The notes beneath the pieces were generated by a model, which ran no database searches, had not been told where the DNA came from, and was given only the letters and a program-made list of their open reading frames with translations. This document shows positions 36,884 through 48,500 of a stretch of 64,000 bases of DNA, piece after piece. Made by a program: the position numbers and the translations under genes. Positions within the stretch are counted from its first letter, which is position 1, and each line of letters starts with the position of its first letter. Source of the stretch: Azolla caroliniana (Eukaryota; Plantae; Polypodiophyta). Where the stretch lies: NCBI GenBank assembly GCA_043228905.1, contig JBHGNT010000010.1:6138001-6202000 (forward strand). Reading direction: 5' to 3'.

Positions 36884-39800
36884 CTATCCCCCCTTTAAAA
36901 CGACGAGTTTCACGAGTCGTTTTGGATTGAGGACCCGGTTTCTCGGGATATCGTCGATGGAAGTCTTCTAGAAGAGCACGAGCATTGGTCACATTCTCGA
37001 TCGGTTCCCAAGTACGCTCGCTGGGACTATATCCTAGCCAATCGACTAGATAGTAGAGCTTGTTGCGAACAATCTTGGAATCGAGGATGGCAGCGACCTC
37101 ATACTCAGGTCCATCTTCGAGCTCGATAGGAGGTGGAGGTTGTATAGTACGTCCTGGGATAGTGCTCTCGTGATAGGGTTCGAGGAGAGAACTATGAAAC
37201 ACCGGGTGTATCCGAAGTTGCGGAGGTAGCTCGAGACGAAAAGCGACATCATTAATCTTCCCGATAATACGGAAAGGACCTAATCGCCGATAATCCAACT
37301 TCTCACATGGGCGAGTAGTCTTGATGTGTCGTCGTAGCAGCCACACCCGATCTCCAATGTTAAAACTGGATGGAAGTCGATGACGATCTGCGTAGTCCTT
37401 GTGTGATTGTTGAGCTTGCTGGAGTTGAGTAGATAAATCCGCTTGTATCTTGCGTAACCGCTCCAAACGATCCTCCGCGCAAGGATTTGTGGACACTTCT
37501 GGGGTTTCAAGGACACACCACCGGGGATGATATCCCGTATAAGCGTAGAATGGCGTGACTTTAGTCGATGCGTGGATAGCGTTATTATAGGCAAATTCGG
37601 CGAACTGAAGAATATCTGCCCAGTCATTCTGATGATAGTTGAGAAAGCACCGCAGATACTGCTCCAGTGTTTGATTTGTTCGTTCGGCTTGACCGTCGGT
37701 TTGTGGGTGGTAGCCGGAGGAGAGGTTACAAGTGACCTTCAGCATTTTAAAAAGGTGCTTCCAGAATTTTGACACAAACTGGGGTCCACGATCGCTGATG
37801 ATATTATCAGGGAGTCCATGATGCCGACATACTTCCCGCATGACAATTTCGGCGGTGTCTTCACTAGATATTTCTTTAGTACATGGTAAGAAATGAGCCA
37901 TCTTCGTATATCGATCCACCACTGTGAGAATCGCACTGAATCCCTTAGAGACTGGAAGATCTGTAATGAAGTCAAGAGCAATGGATTGCCATGGCTTGCT
38001 TGGAATTGGTAATGGTTCTAATAAACCATATGGATGATGTCTTGGCATTTTCGCTCTGCAGCATGTATCGCAAGTCCGAACAAAATCTTCGACAAATTGT
38101 CGCATACGGGGCCACTAGAATGATCGTTGTACTAAATCTAATGTTTTAGTACTACCAAAATGTCCTGCTGTATATGTGTCATGGCAGTTTTGTACTACTC
38201 GAAGGCGGCAAGAACCATTAGGAACATACAAAAGTTCTTTAAAGAAGAGTAATCCATCACAGTATTTGAATTGCCGATAATCCGTACCCGGTGATTGTGA
38301 TTGTGAACATGACGCTCGAGAGGGGTCAATTTGTGCTAGTATAGCTTGGGCGAAAGCGTCAGTCTTCAAGTCCTCACGTATAGTATTGGTAATGTCGGAA
38401 TCCACGGGCATGTCAAAGACCTGTGCTGCTTGCAGTCGTGCTGGACCCAAGATTACTTGCTTCTGGTTATCGAAAGCTGGCTCACCGGGACGTGGTGTTA
38501 GATACGAACGCCGTGATAATGCATCTGCCTTCCCTTGGTGCTTCCCCGGACGATATGTAATTTTGAAGTCGAAGCGTGTGAGGAAGTGGGCCCACCGAGC
38601 TTGACGTCGGTTCAGTACACGAGCATCTTGAAAGTAGGCAAGGTTCTTGTGGTCACTGAATACAGTGACCTGATGAGGAGATCCCTCCAGGAAATGCCTC
38701 CATTGCATAAAAGAATCAACTATTGCTAATAGCTCTTTATCATGAATTTCGTAGTTGATTTCGGCGGCGTCAAACTTACGGGAGTGGAAAGCCACAGGAT
38801 GTAGCTTCTCGTCGTTACCCTGTTGTGACAGAATGCTCCCCAATGCGAAATCCGATGCATCAGCTTCGATAATGAATGTTTTTTCCGGATCCACATGACC
38901 TAAAATTGGAGCTGATGTAAATGCCTTCTTAAGACTCTCGAAAGCCATGTCCGTCTCTTTAGACCAAATGAATGATTGTCCCTTCCTGGTGAGCTGTGTG
39001 AGAGGCAGCACAATTTTTGAGTAATTTTGTATGAACTTCCGGTAGAAATTTGCAAAGCCTAGGAAGCATTGCACATCCCGCACCGAACGCGGAGTGTGCC
39101 ATTCTATCACCGTTTTGACCTTGGCTGGGTCCATAGATATGCCTTCTGAGGAGATGACATAGCCGAGAAACTCCACTTGGTTGCACCCGAAACTACATTT
39201 CTCTAACTTTGCATACAGACCATGTTCTCGAAGTCGTTTTAGTACTAATAGTACATGAGAATCATGTTCTTCTTGGGTCTTTGAATAAACCAGTAGATCA
39301 TCCAAATAGATGATCAAAAAATCATCCAAGAGATCTCGAAATATATCATTCGCCATGTGCTGGAAGACTGCCGGCGCATTAGTGAGTCCGAACGGCATGA
39401 CCGTATACTCGAAGTGCCCATATCTGGTGCGAAATGCGGTCTTCCATTCATCTCCTGGTCGGATCCGTACGAGGTTATAGGCTCCTCGTAAGTCGATCTT
39501 CGTGAAGAACCTGGCACCGTTGATCCGTTCTAAAAGACTTGAGATAAGGGGAAGAGCATACCTATTTCTTACTGTGACCTTATTCAAGCCACGGTAATCT
39601 ACAACGAGTCGAAGCGAGCCATCTTTTTTCTTGACGAAGAAAATGGGTGCGCCGGCTGGAGATTTCGAATGCCGAATGAAACCGTTCTCCAAATTCTCCT
39701 CTATATAGGCTCGAAGGACTTCTAGCTCGGTTGGTGACAAATTGTAGATCGGCCCCCATGGCGGCTCTTTTCCCGGTTGTAAGTCGATGGCGCAGTCGTA

Positions 39801-40472
39801 CGACCGATGATGAGGAAGTGTGTTGGCTTGTACTTTATCGAACACATCAGCATACTGACGATACTTCTCGGGAAGTTGAACGGTGGACTCCTCTTTGGTG
39901 GTGCTGGAGGGTTGTACTGATATTGCAAAGAGAAACATTTCCTCCTTGCGCCCTTCCTCACGCAACTGACGTAGCGAAATGGTTGCAACCTTCTGGGTAG
40001 ATCCTTGGGTTTGTCGCAACCGGATTTCCCTTGTCCTCCAATCTATGTCTGGGTCATGTAACTCGAACCATGGTAATCCTAAAACTATGGGATGTTCTGG
40101 AATACTAATAATATTAAATGATACTACACATGTTAAGTTATCTAGGACAATATTAACGGGTTCCGACTCTTCTATGATATTACCAGAAGCAATGGGACGA
40201 CCATCAATGACTACTACTGAGGCTGGACATGGGAGCTTTCTGAGAGATATCTGATGAGCTCGGGCAAAATTCCTATCCATGAAGCAAGAATTAGCTCCGG
40301 AATCTAGAAGGGCTAAGGTATGTACTGGAGGGGTACTTTTAGTACTAACTGCTACTTGGGCTACGAACACATCACTAACTTGCTTAGAGGGAATGGAACC
40401 ACTAATGGGCTGCACAGATCTAGGGCTGTCCAACCAAACGGCTCCTATTTTGGCTGGACTTAGTCGTTTAAC
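36876..40472 (-). pseudogene. Chromovirus pol (PR-RT-RH-INT-chromodomain) with one premature stop at 38115-38117
   Basis: LLDSGA, YLDDLL, EADASD, HPQTDGQAER, GPF module, YEVAAILD..YYLVDWLGY..TWEP; RSF*WPRM indicates TGG>TAG. Confidence 0.95.
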
Positions 40473-41629
40473 TCTTCTTCTAATTGGCTAAGGACATCAA
40501 ATTTGTTTGCGAGATTCGGACTATTAGTACTATTAGGACTATTATGACTATGAGGATTATCAGAGATTCCTACTGAAATAGACTCGGGTTTAGTATAGTC
40601 AGAACTAACAATGACTTGGTTTACCTGCCTTCTTGGTCTATGGGGACAGTTTATCGCGATATGCCCTGGTCCACCGCAATAAAGGCATAATCGGTTTGTT
40701 CGGCGTCGTTGCTTTTCCTCCTCCGATAGCGGCCCACGACGACGTGTAGTGTCAATTTCCATTGGAGTTGGAGTACTTACTGGAGGCGCATTATGTGACT
40801 CCCTTTGAAAAGGTTTCGCTACCACTGAGGCATAGGTAGGCTCGGATCTTGCCCTCGGCATCTGAAATTGTCGTTCCGAACGTCGCTCGAAGAGGCGGTT
40901 GTCACATCTGACCGCTCGACTGATTGCTTCTGTTAATGATTTTGGCTCTTCAGGGAAAGTCAAGAGTAAATCCTTGACATCGTTGCGTAGACCATAGCGG
41001 AACTGCTCCATCAATGCTTGATCATCCCAGGGGATATCGGCGGCGAGTAGGCGGAAATCTGCAGCATATGCGGAGGCTGGACGGTCACCTTGGCGTAATC
41101 GCCGGATTTTGTTGATTGCAGTCCTTATGCTGTCAGTATCTCCAAAACATGCTTTAAACTCACTTATGAATTCTTCAAAATTATTTAGTACTGGAGATTC
41201 CTTTTCTAGTAGCGGAGCGAACCATGCTAATGCTGAGCCATTTAACAACGTGCCTACTAAACCCACTCGTGATGCATCGGTGGGATATCGGGACGGATGC
41301 ATTTGAATAACTAACCGTACCTGGTTAAGAAACCCTCTAAACTGCGATCGCGTTCCATCGAACTTCGTGGGAAGGCCAATCTTGGGTTCTTTATGAATCC
41401 CTTGTGCTCCGTGCCCTTGTTGTTGCATTGCTACGATGGTTGCTTCGAGTTGTTGCACGCGTAACGCAAGTTCGCCATGCTGTTGTTGCGTTTGCTGCTT
41501 TTCTAAGGAAATTTGCTGAAGATCCCCCAACAAGCGTTGATTTTCTTGTTCCAAAGCATGAAACTTCTCTTTCAAGCATTGAAATTCCGAGAAAACGGAT
41601 TGATACTCTTCAGCGCTAACGGTGGCCAT
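40460..41629 (-). CDS. Chromovirus Gag
   Basis: Intact 389-aa ORF with P.KFDG, L.G.A..W, PMEID and CLYCGGPGHIAINC. Confidence 0.95.
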   Translation of the reverse strand: MATVSAEEYQSVFSEFQCLKEKFHALEQENQRLLGDLQQISLEKQQTQQQHGELALRVQQLEATIVAMQQQGHGAQGIHKEPKIGLPTKFDGTRSQFRGFLNQVRLVIQMHPSRYPTDASRVGLVGTLLNGSALAWFAPLLEKESPVLNNFEEFISEFKACFGDTDSIRTAINKIRRLRQGDRPASAYAADFRLLAADIPWDDQALMEQFRYGLRNDVKDLLLTFPEEPKSLTEAISRAVRCDNRLFERRSERQFQMPRARSEPTYASVVAKPFQRESHNAPPVSTPTPMEIDTTRRRGPLSEEEKQRRRTNRLCLYCGGPGHIAINCPHRPRRQVNQVIVSSDYTKPESISVGISDNPHSHNSPNSTNSPNLANKFDVLSQLEEELND

Positions 41630-41717
41630 GGGATGAAGGAAAAGGGAAATAAGAGACTAGTAGGAAAGGAGGGAGACAGAAGGAAGAGGGAGACTAGTAG
41701 ACAAAATCGGTTCAAAC

Positions 41718-41846
41718 TGTCAAGAACTCTATTAAGGCAGAGAAGGAATTAGTACTAAAAGAAGGATTAGTACTATTGTTGGGGAATAGTACTAAGACAG
41801 AGAAGGATTAGTACTATGAGAGGTGTCGAACTTTGAGAGAAGGAAT

Positions 41847-41892
<46 letters not shown>

Positions 41893-42182
41893 TGATGCGA
41901 AAGATATATGTATTATATGACGGAAGATATACAACAGTAGTTAGAAGGCTTAAGACTGGCGTTGAACCGATTTGGTTCGAACTAATGCCTTGCGCCTCCT
42001 TTTATAGTGTCTTCAAGAATACTCCTGAAGTTTCTAGAATGTTCCAGAGAAATCTGGAATATACATCAATTTCCCAATAAAACCTAAATGAAAATAATAT
42101 CCTTCAAATTACAATTCATAACCTAATGGTAAAGTCTCGACCCGTGTAACAAAAGGTTATGGGTTCGAGTCTAGTTATGACA
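41718..42182 (-). repeat. 5' LTR of the chromovirus
   Basis: Direct repeat; TATAAAA on the minus strand at 42006-42000. Confidence 0.96.
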
Positions 42183-42419
42183 ACAGGCACCTTTACGGAA
42201 TCGTTCCGGATCCGGATTGGCATACCGATTCCGATCCGTCCGTCCACATCTTCTTATATAATAATATGTATATATTAAGACTACTAATTACAACAGTTCT
42301 CAAATAACTATTCCTTTCACACTCTGGTTTGGACCTCCTTAAGCCTTCTTTGCCGGCCGGTAACACATGGTACGCCCGTGGGACAATACCTTGTACATCG
42401 AACCCACTATCCGGCCCTT

Positions 42420-45400
42420 TTACGCTTCGTCCAAAATGTCCAGAATGCTTTGCTCCAAAATTTCCAATGGCTCGTTGGGAATCTGTTGTTGCTGTTGTGG
42501 CTGTTGTTGTTGTTCCGTTTGTGGCTGTGGCTCCGTTTGTCGCTCTGGCACCGGCGTTTCCGTCGTTGGTTCCTCCGTCGGAGTTGTCTGTGGCTAACTG
42601 ATCCCGGCATGTTCTCCCTCCGGTCTTTGCACCGGCGACAGTTCCTCATCACTAAGGTTGACCGTTGCCGCCTTTCGCGCTTTTTCTTCCCGGAGTCAAG
42701 ACCGCTCATAGCTTTCGAACTGGATTTGAGCCTCCAGCCGATCATCGTCCAGTTGAGCTACGAGCTGTCGGACCTGCACCAATTGTTCATTCGCCAGGGC
42801 TATGAAATCTTCCGCCAGCTCATCCCTGATGGTGGTAAAGTCCTCCGAGGTCAGCATATAGCAGTCGTCGCCCTCCTTTCGCCGGTTTTCAACGTCCACC
42901 CTAAGCAATTGGAGTTCCGTGGTATTCTGTGCCCATTTTGCCCACCAACGCACAAAGCTGTCATCAATCAAGCTTTTGGTTTTAGTGAGCCATGACCGGA
43001 GGATGCACTGGATCCGTTCGGCTCCCATCTGTGATTTATTTTCTGCGGCTTGTCGCTCTTCCTTCAACTGCTTGATGATCCGAACCGTGTCCGTCTCCTG
43101 CTCCCTATAATGCGACAATTGAGTTTGATAGGTTGTTTGCAACCTCTGTAGTACCATTGACGCTCTTTCCTTGTCTTCATGGTTCTGTTTGTGGAGCTCC
43201 ATCCGGTCATTCGCCGCTTCCTCCAATAGCCTGGAACTTTCCACTCGTTCTTCGGCGAGTGCCGTTGTGGCCCTATCAACCTCTTGCCGGAGCTCGGCCA
43301 TCCGTTCCTGTTGTTGTTGATGCTCCGTCTCCAGCTGCTTGTAGTCCCGATGCAGATGATCGAAATCATCGGTCTTCTGCTTCAGCCTTTGGTTTATCTG
43401 ACGGCGCGCGCGGTCCTCCCGGTCCTTCTGTTGCCGGAGCTTTTCCTTCAGCTGCTCGATTTCCGTTTCTGCCATCCATCGTAGCTTGTCTTTTTCCTGC
43501 AACACTCTCTCTTTTTCCTCCTTCAGCCGATCGTAAGCATGATGTCCTTTACGCAGGTTTTCCTCTGCACGACGAAGGTTCTCAACAATCTTTCGTAATT
43601 CTTCTTCGACCGCCTTCTTCAAGTCGCGTTCGCGGCTCCATAATGCTTCTTGCGCGGCAAGCTCATTTCGTAATTCCGCAAGCTCTTGGGCTTGCGCCGC
43701 ATGTTTCTTCGGGACAGTTTGTGTCTCCGAGGTCTTACTCTTCTGTACATCAACCGGAGTCACCGGTGCTTGGACCTGCGTTGCGGTTAAGGCTATTTTG
43801 GCCATATCTCCTGTGATTCGATCCAAGTCTTGTTCGAGGCACCGGATCCTTGATCGGGCCGTCTCCAGTTCATCGGTTGTGACGAGCAACCGTTCCGTTT
43901 GCGCTCTTTCCTCCGCCTCTATGCATCCGACTACTCTGACAATTTGGTCTCCTATCCACCGGAGCCATTGGCTGCCGGTACACTGTTGTTGCGCTTGCAC
44001 GGAGAGTTGGCTGATGGGTTCACTCGCCGGTGGCTGGTCTTGCCTTTCTGCGTCAAGCTGCGCTTCTGGTTCTGCCAGCTGACCACTTTGTCGTTTCGAC
44101 TCTAAGTGTGTTTCGGCTAGTCGCCCCTTGTCTGCTTGTTCTTGGCCGGCTGGGGTGGTTGGCCTTTGTATCTCCGGCTCTTGGGTGACGGGGCTTGCCG
44201 GTGTTGCCTGTTCCATCCGAACTGGTTCCGGTGCCTCCCTTGGCGTGGGTTGCTCAGCGTGAGTTGTGGGTGTTCCATCCTTCTGTGGGTCCGAATGCTT
44301 CCCGGCTGATTTTGCGGTGCTCTTCACCGGCCGCCGTTGGAGGTGCTCCGTGGGTTCTTCCTCCATCTCTTCCACCTGAGTCCCGACATTCATTCTTGCC
44401 GCCAAGGTGTCCGTTTCCTGTTGCCCCGGTCAGTGGAGTGGGCTCTTCAAGGTCCGTGTCGGTGTCTCCTCGTGCGTGTCCATCGGTTGCTTCCGGTTGG
44501 CGCGCTCTTTCGCCGCCTTCTCTGCTTCGGTAGTCTTCCCCTTAGTGGCCTTGGAGGCCAACAATTGTTGCCGTTTCGAAGCAGGTTTCAAGGTGCCGTC
44601 CGTTGCTCTTCCCCGCTTCTTGGTTTGGATGGGCTCGACTTGTGGCGCCAATAGGGTGAACCATTGTGTCATTGCGTGCCATATTTTCCGGCCTTCCTTG
44701 TCGTCCTTTCCCCTTACTATATCAATGGTCGTACACAGCCCGTCGGCGATCAGCAACGGCCAATCTACCTTGACCCCTTCGTACGTTGCGATGATCAAGC
44801 CTGCTCGGTTCTGAGGCATGACGGGGGGTCGAGGGTACACGTGGCCGAACTCGTGGAGCACACAGGCAATTTCCCAGAATAGCATATCTTCGCCGCCTTG
44901 TGTCCTATAGCCCTTGCTGGCTAGAGTGTACTCACCGAAATATTTGATGAGTTGCTCGGGGGTAGGATTGTCGATCGTGTAGATACCTCCCTCCGGAAGG
45001 CCTATTAACGCACGGATCGCCTCCTCCGTGATCACCTCCGTGTCGATTTCTTTTATAATCTTCTCGGCCTCCTTGTGTGGCGCCGCCTCCATGATTGTTA
45101 GGAAACCCTCCAGACCGTGCTGCCATAACCATTTCTTGGCAGCTTCAAACAACGTTTGGCAGTCCATCTCTGCGTCGAGGTCTGAGAGCATTGGAGAGGT
45201 GTGATGGTGGGGAGAATGTGAGAGAGAAAGTTCTGAGGGAGGGGGTTCTCTGTGTGCGAGCTCTCTACGATTTATCTTCACGCGTCGCTCTACGTCTGTT
45301 CTCCTTGGTTCGCGATAGGAGAAGGTCTCGATGCGTGGGGTTTTTTCTGTCTGCATCTTGGCGCCTTTTTCGAGCCTCCGCATGTGCAGGTCGTGTACTA

Positions 45401-45446
45401 TAATAGCATTGCGTGCCATGTGGCGGTGGTTTAATGTCCTATTCAT
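42420..45446 (-). pseudogene. G1 extra ORF (~1000 codons): globular N-domain, P/E/Q-rich linker and long coiled coil; 3 in-frame stops
   Basis: ORFs 44430-45446 and 42696-44405 are in frame and the frame continues to TAA at 42420; the N-domain is homologous to the 60578-61290 ORF. Confidence 0.8.
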
Positions 45447-45595
45447 AGCTCCTCGTACCTTTTCGACGTGCCTCTTTACTCCTCGTGTGCATGGCCGTTT
45501 CCACCACTCTTTTCCATGATTTATTTGATTCGCTCCTTTATTCTTTTCTTTTCTTTTCTTTTTATTTCTATTTATTTTTTAACTTACTTGTGTGG

Positions 45596-48500
45596 TTAGT
45601 TTTTCTCCGGTCCTGTCGGACCTTTGCTCGAAGCATGCAACTTGCCGGCCCCTTGTCGGTTTGCCGTCGTTCTGCTCTCCTCGGTTGCCAGCTCATGCTC
45701 CTCCTTACTGGCTTGGTGGTAGCCGTCGTCTTCACCGGTTGCCATTATGGTTGGCCTGCCGGCGTTTGATTCGGTGGCGACCTTTCGTTCAAATGGGTTC
45801 TTAGGCATAGGTCCTTTGTATGGTTTTAGTCTAAATCCGTTGACCCATTTGCCCAACACTTCCCCGACAAGTGTCCCCAACTGGTAGGACCCATTGAACT
45901 CGCGTGTGATCCAGTACGGTCCGGTCCATCTATGGTTTTAGTCTAAATCCGTTGACCCATTTGCCCAACACTTCCCCGACAAGTGTCCCCAACTGGTAGG
46001 ACCCATTGAACTCGCGTGTGATCCAGTACGGTCCGGTCCATCTAAACCGTAGTTTACCTAGCATTTTGCCCATCCGGGTCTGGAACACGAGCCGGCTTGT
46101 CGGTCCCGAACATCTTTTCGTTTCCCTTTCGATGCCGATCTACAAATGCTTTCCGTCTCCATTGTTCCAATTCCAGGTGCATAATGCTCGCCAGTCGGTG
46201 TTCTTCCAGTTCGCATAGAGCCTTTAACCGAATTACCTCCGATTCCTTTTCGTTCAATCGTTCCCGAATCTGAATCCGTAAGCTTGGTACCTGGAACACG
46301 ACCGGCATGACTGCCTCCAATCCGAATGCTAACCGGAACGGTGTTGTCCGGATGCTTGTTTTGTACGTTGTCCGGTAAGCCCAGAGCGCACTGTGCAACT
46401 TTGTGTCCCAATCTGTCCGATTTTCATTGACGATCTTCCGGAGGATATTCTGGAGCGTTTTGTTCGTCGACTCAGCTAACCCATTCGCTTGCGGATAGTA
46501 CGGTGTGCTTCGTTTATGTACTACCGCATAGAACGTCGTCAAACTTTCTACCACCTGCCCAAGAAAGTGCCCTCCTTGGTCGCTTATCAACTCTATGGGG
46601 CATCCGTACCGGCACCAAATGCATTCGTATAAGAATTTCGCCGTTGACGCCGTGGTGTTGTCTCATAGGGCTTTCACTTCCACCCACTTAGTGCAATAAT
46701 CCGTCGCGACGATCACGTACCGGTTGCCGATTCTCATTGCCGGTGGTTTAAATGGCCCGACGAAATCCAGCCCCCATTTCTGGAATGGTTCTAGTGGTAG
46801 GACTGGCTGGTGTGGCATCCGAGCTTGTTCCGTTGGCTGACCCATTCGTTGGCATAGATCACACTCCTTCGCATACCGGACTGCATCTTTCAATGTGGTT
46901 GGCCACCATAGGCCACTTTGTCATACTTTCCTTGCCGTCACATCTCCGGCATAATGGCCTCCGGCAACTCCGCAGTGTGCCTCCCGTAGTATTACCTCCT
47001 TCTTGTCGTTGTGCACCGCTCGTCGCCAGATAATGTCCGCACCTTTGTGGTATAGCGTGTCCTGTAATAAACAGAAGTGTCGGCTCTGTACCGCGAGGCG
47101 TTTTCTCTTGTCCCGGTTCATCTCCTCCGGAGGCAATCCGGTGCTCAGAAACTGGTGCATATTAGTTAGCCACTTATCTTCTTGTGCCACTGTTTCATTT
47201 GTTGCCGTTTCCGTGGTGACTCGAAACAGCTCTGCATCCGGAAACTCGTCCGGTACTCCATCACCTGTCTCCCCAGAATCTAACCGGCTTAGATAATCTG
47301 CTACCGCATGCTGTATGCCGGGTCGGTGGAATATCTCGAATTCGAACTCTTGCAACAACAAAGTCCACCGGGCCAACTTACCGGTAAGTGACGCTTTGGA
47401 TACTAGGTAGAGGAGTGTCGAATGATCTACATGGAAGGAGAACTTTCTTCCCAATAAATAATGCCTGAATTTTGTTACATTGTAGATCATTCCTAAAGCT
47501 TCCCTTTCCGTGGTAGAATAATTTTGTTCCGCTTGGGATAGCTTCCGGTTGGCATAGTAAACTGGCCGGTACCACCTTGGCTCGGTAAGCTGCATGAGCG
47601 CGCTGCCGATTGCGATATCGGAAGCGTCCACGAACACATGAAACTCTTTACTCCAATCCGGAGGCTGCACTACCGATGCTTGTGACAATAACAACTTTAG
47701 TGCCCGGTACGCCTTGTCTTCGATGTCGGTCCATTGGAACGGTGTTCGATGTACTGCCGCATGCAGAGGTGTAGCCAGGTCCGCCAAATATCGGAGCATA
47801 CGGCTATGCCAGCGGATTTGTCCTAGGAAACGGCTCAATGCCTTTGCCGTTGCCAGTGCCGGTGCTTCCTGAATTGCTTTCACTTTGTTCGGATCTACGG
47901 CAATGCCTTCCTTGCTCACTATATGCCCTAGTAGCGTTCCGCTGGACACTCCAAATACACACTTCGCCGGGTTCAGGCTTAGCCAGTACGCTCTGCACTT
48001 CTCTAGACCTAGTCTGAGATGCTGCAAATGATCTTCTTCTCTACTATAGACGGCGAAGTCATCAAGGAACACCTGCATAAAAGCCGGTATGTATTTGCCA
48101 AAGATCTCCATGATGATCCGTTGGAATGTTGTTGGTGCCGTTTCAACCCGAACATCATCACCACCGCAACAAACACTCCCCATTCGGTGACGAAAGCCGT
48201 TTTCTCTTGATCCTCAAGGTGCATCCGGATCTGATTATACCCACTGAATCCGTCTAAGAAACTGTAGACTTCATGGCCGACGACGGCATCCAAAACTCCA
48301 TCCGTAAACGGAAGTGGAAATGCATCCGTTACCGTTGACGCATTGAGCTTCCGGTAGTCGACACAAACTCTAATTTTGCCGTTCTTTTTCGGTACGACTA
48401 CGATCGGGCTCAGCCATGTAGATTTCTTTACGGGACGGATGAAACCGACCCTCAGTAATTTGTCGATCTCCTCCTTGACTTTGGCGGCGTAGTTTGGGTT

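Larger units (their letters stand above)
36409..42182 (-). mobile_element. Full-length young Ty3/gypsy chromovirus, Tcn1-like
   Basis: LTRs 36409-36883 and 41718-42182, differing by 2 substitutions plus (GA)n length; TSD ACAGG (36404-36408 / 42183-42187); PPT AAAGGGGGGATAG; C-terminal chromodomain. Confidence 0.97.
36122..42367 (-). repeat. 3' LTR of G1 (~467 bp once the nested chromovirus is removed)
   Basis: 7-bp terminal inverted repeat TGTGTTA..TAACACA; minus-strand CCTATATAAAGG followed by AATAAA; the two halves rejoin across TSD ACAGG. Confidence 0.8.

Noticed and set aside
36124-42295. Alternative G1 LTR bounds TGTTAT..ACAACA as a solo LTR
   Set aside because: No TSD and an imperfect terminal repeat; 36122-42367 gives a perfect 7-bp inverted repeat.
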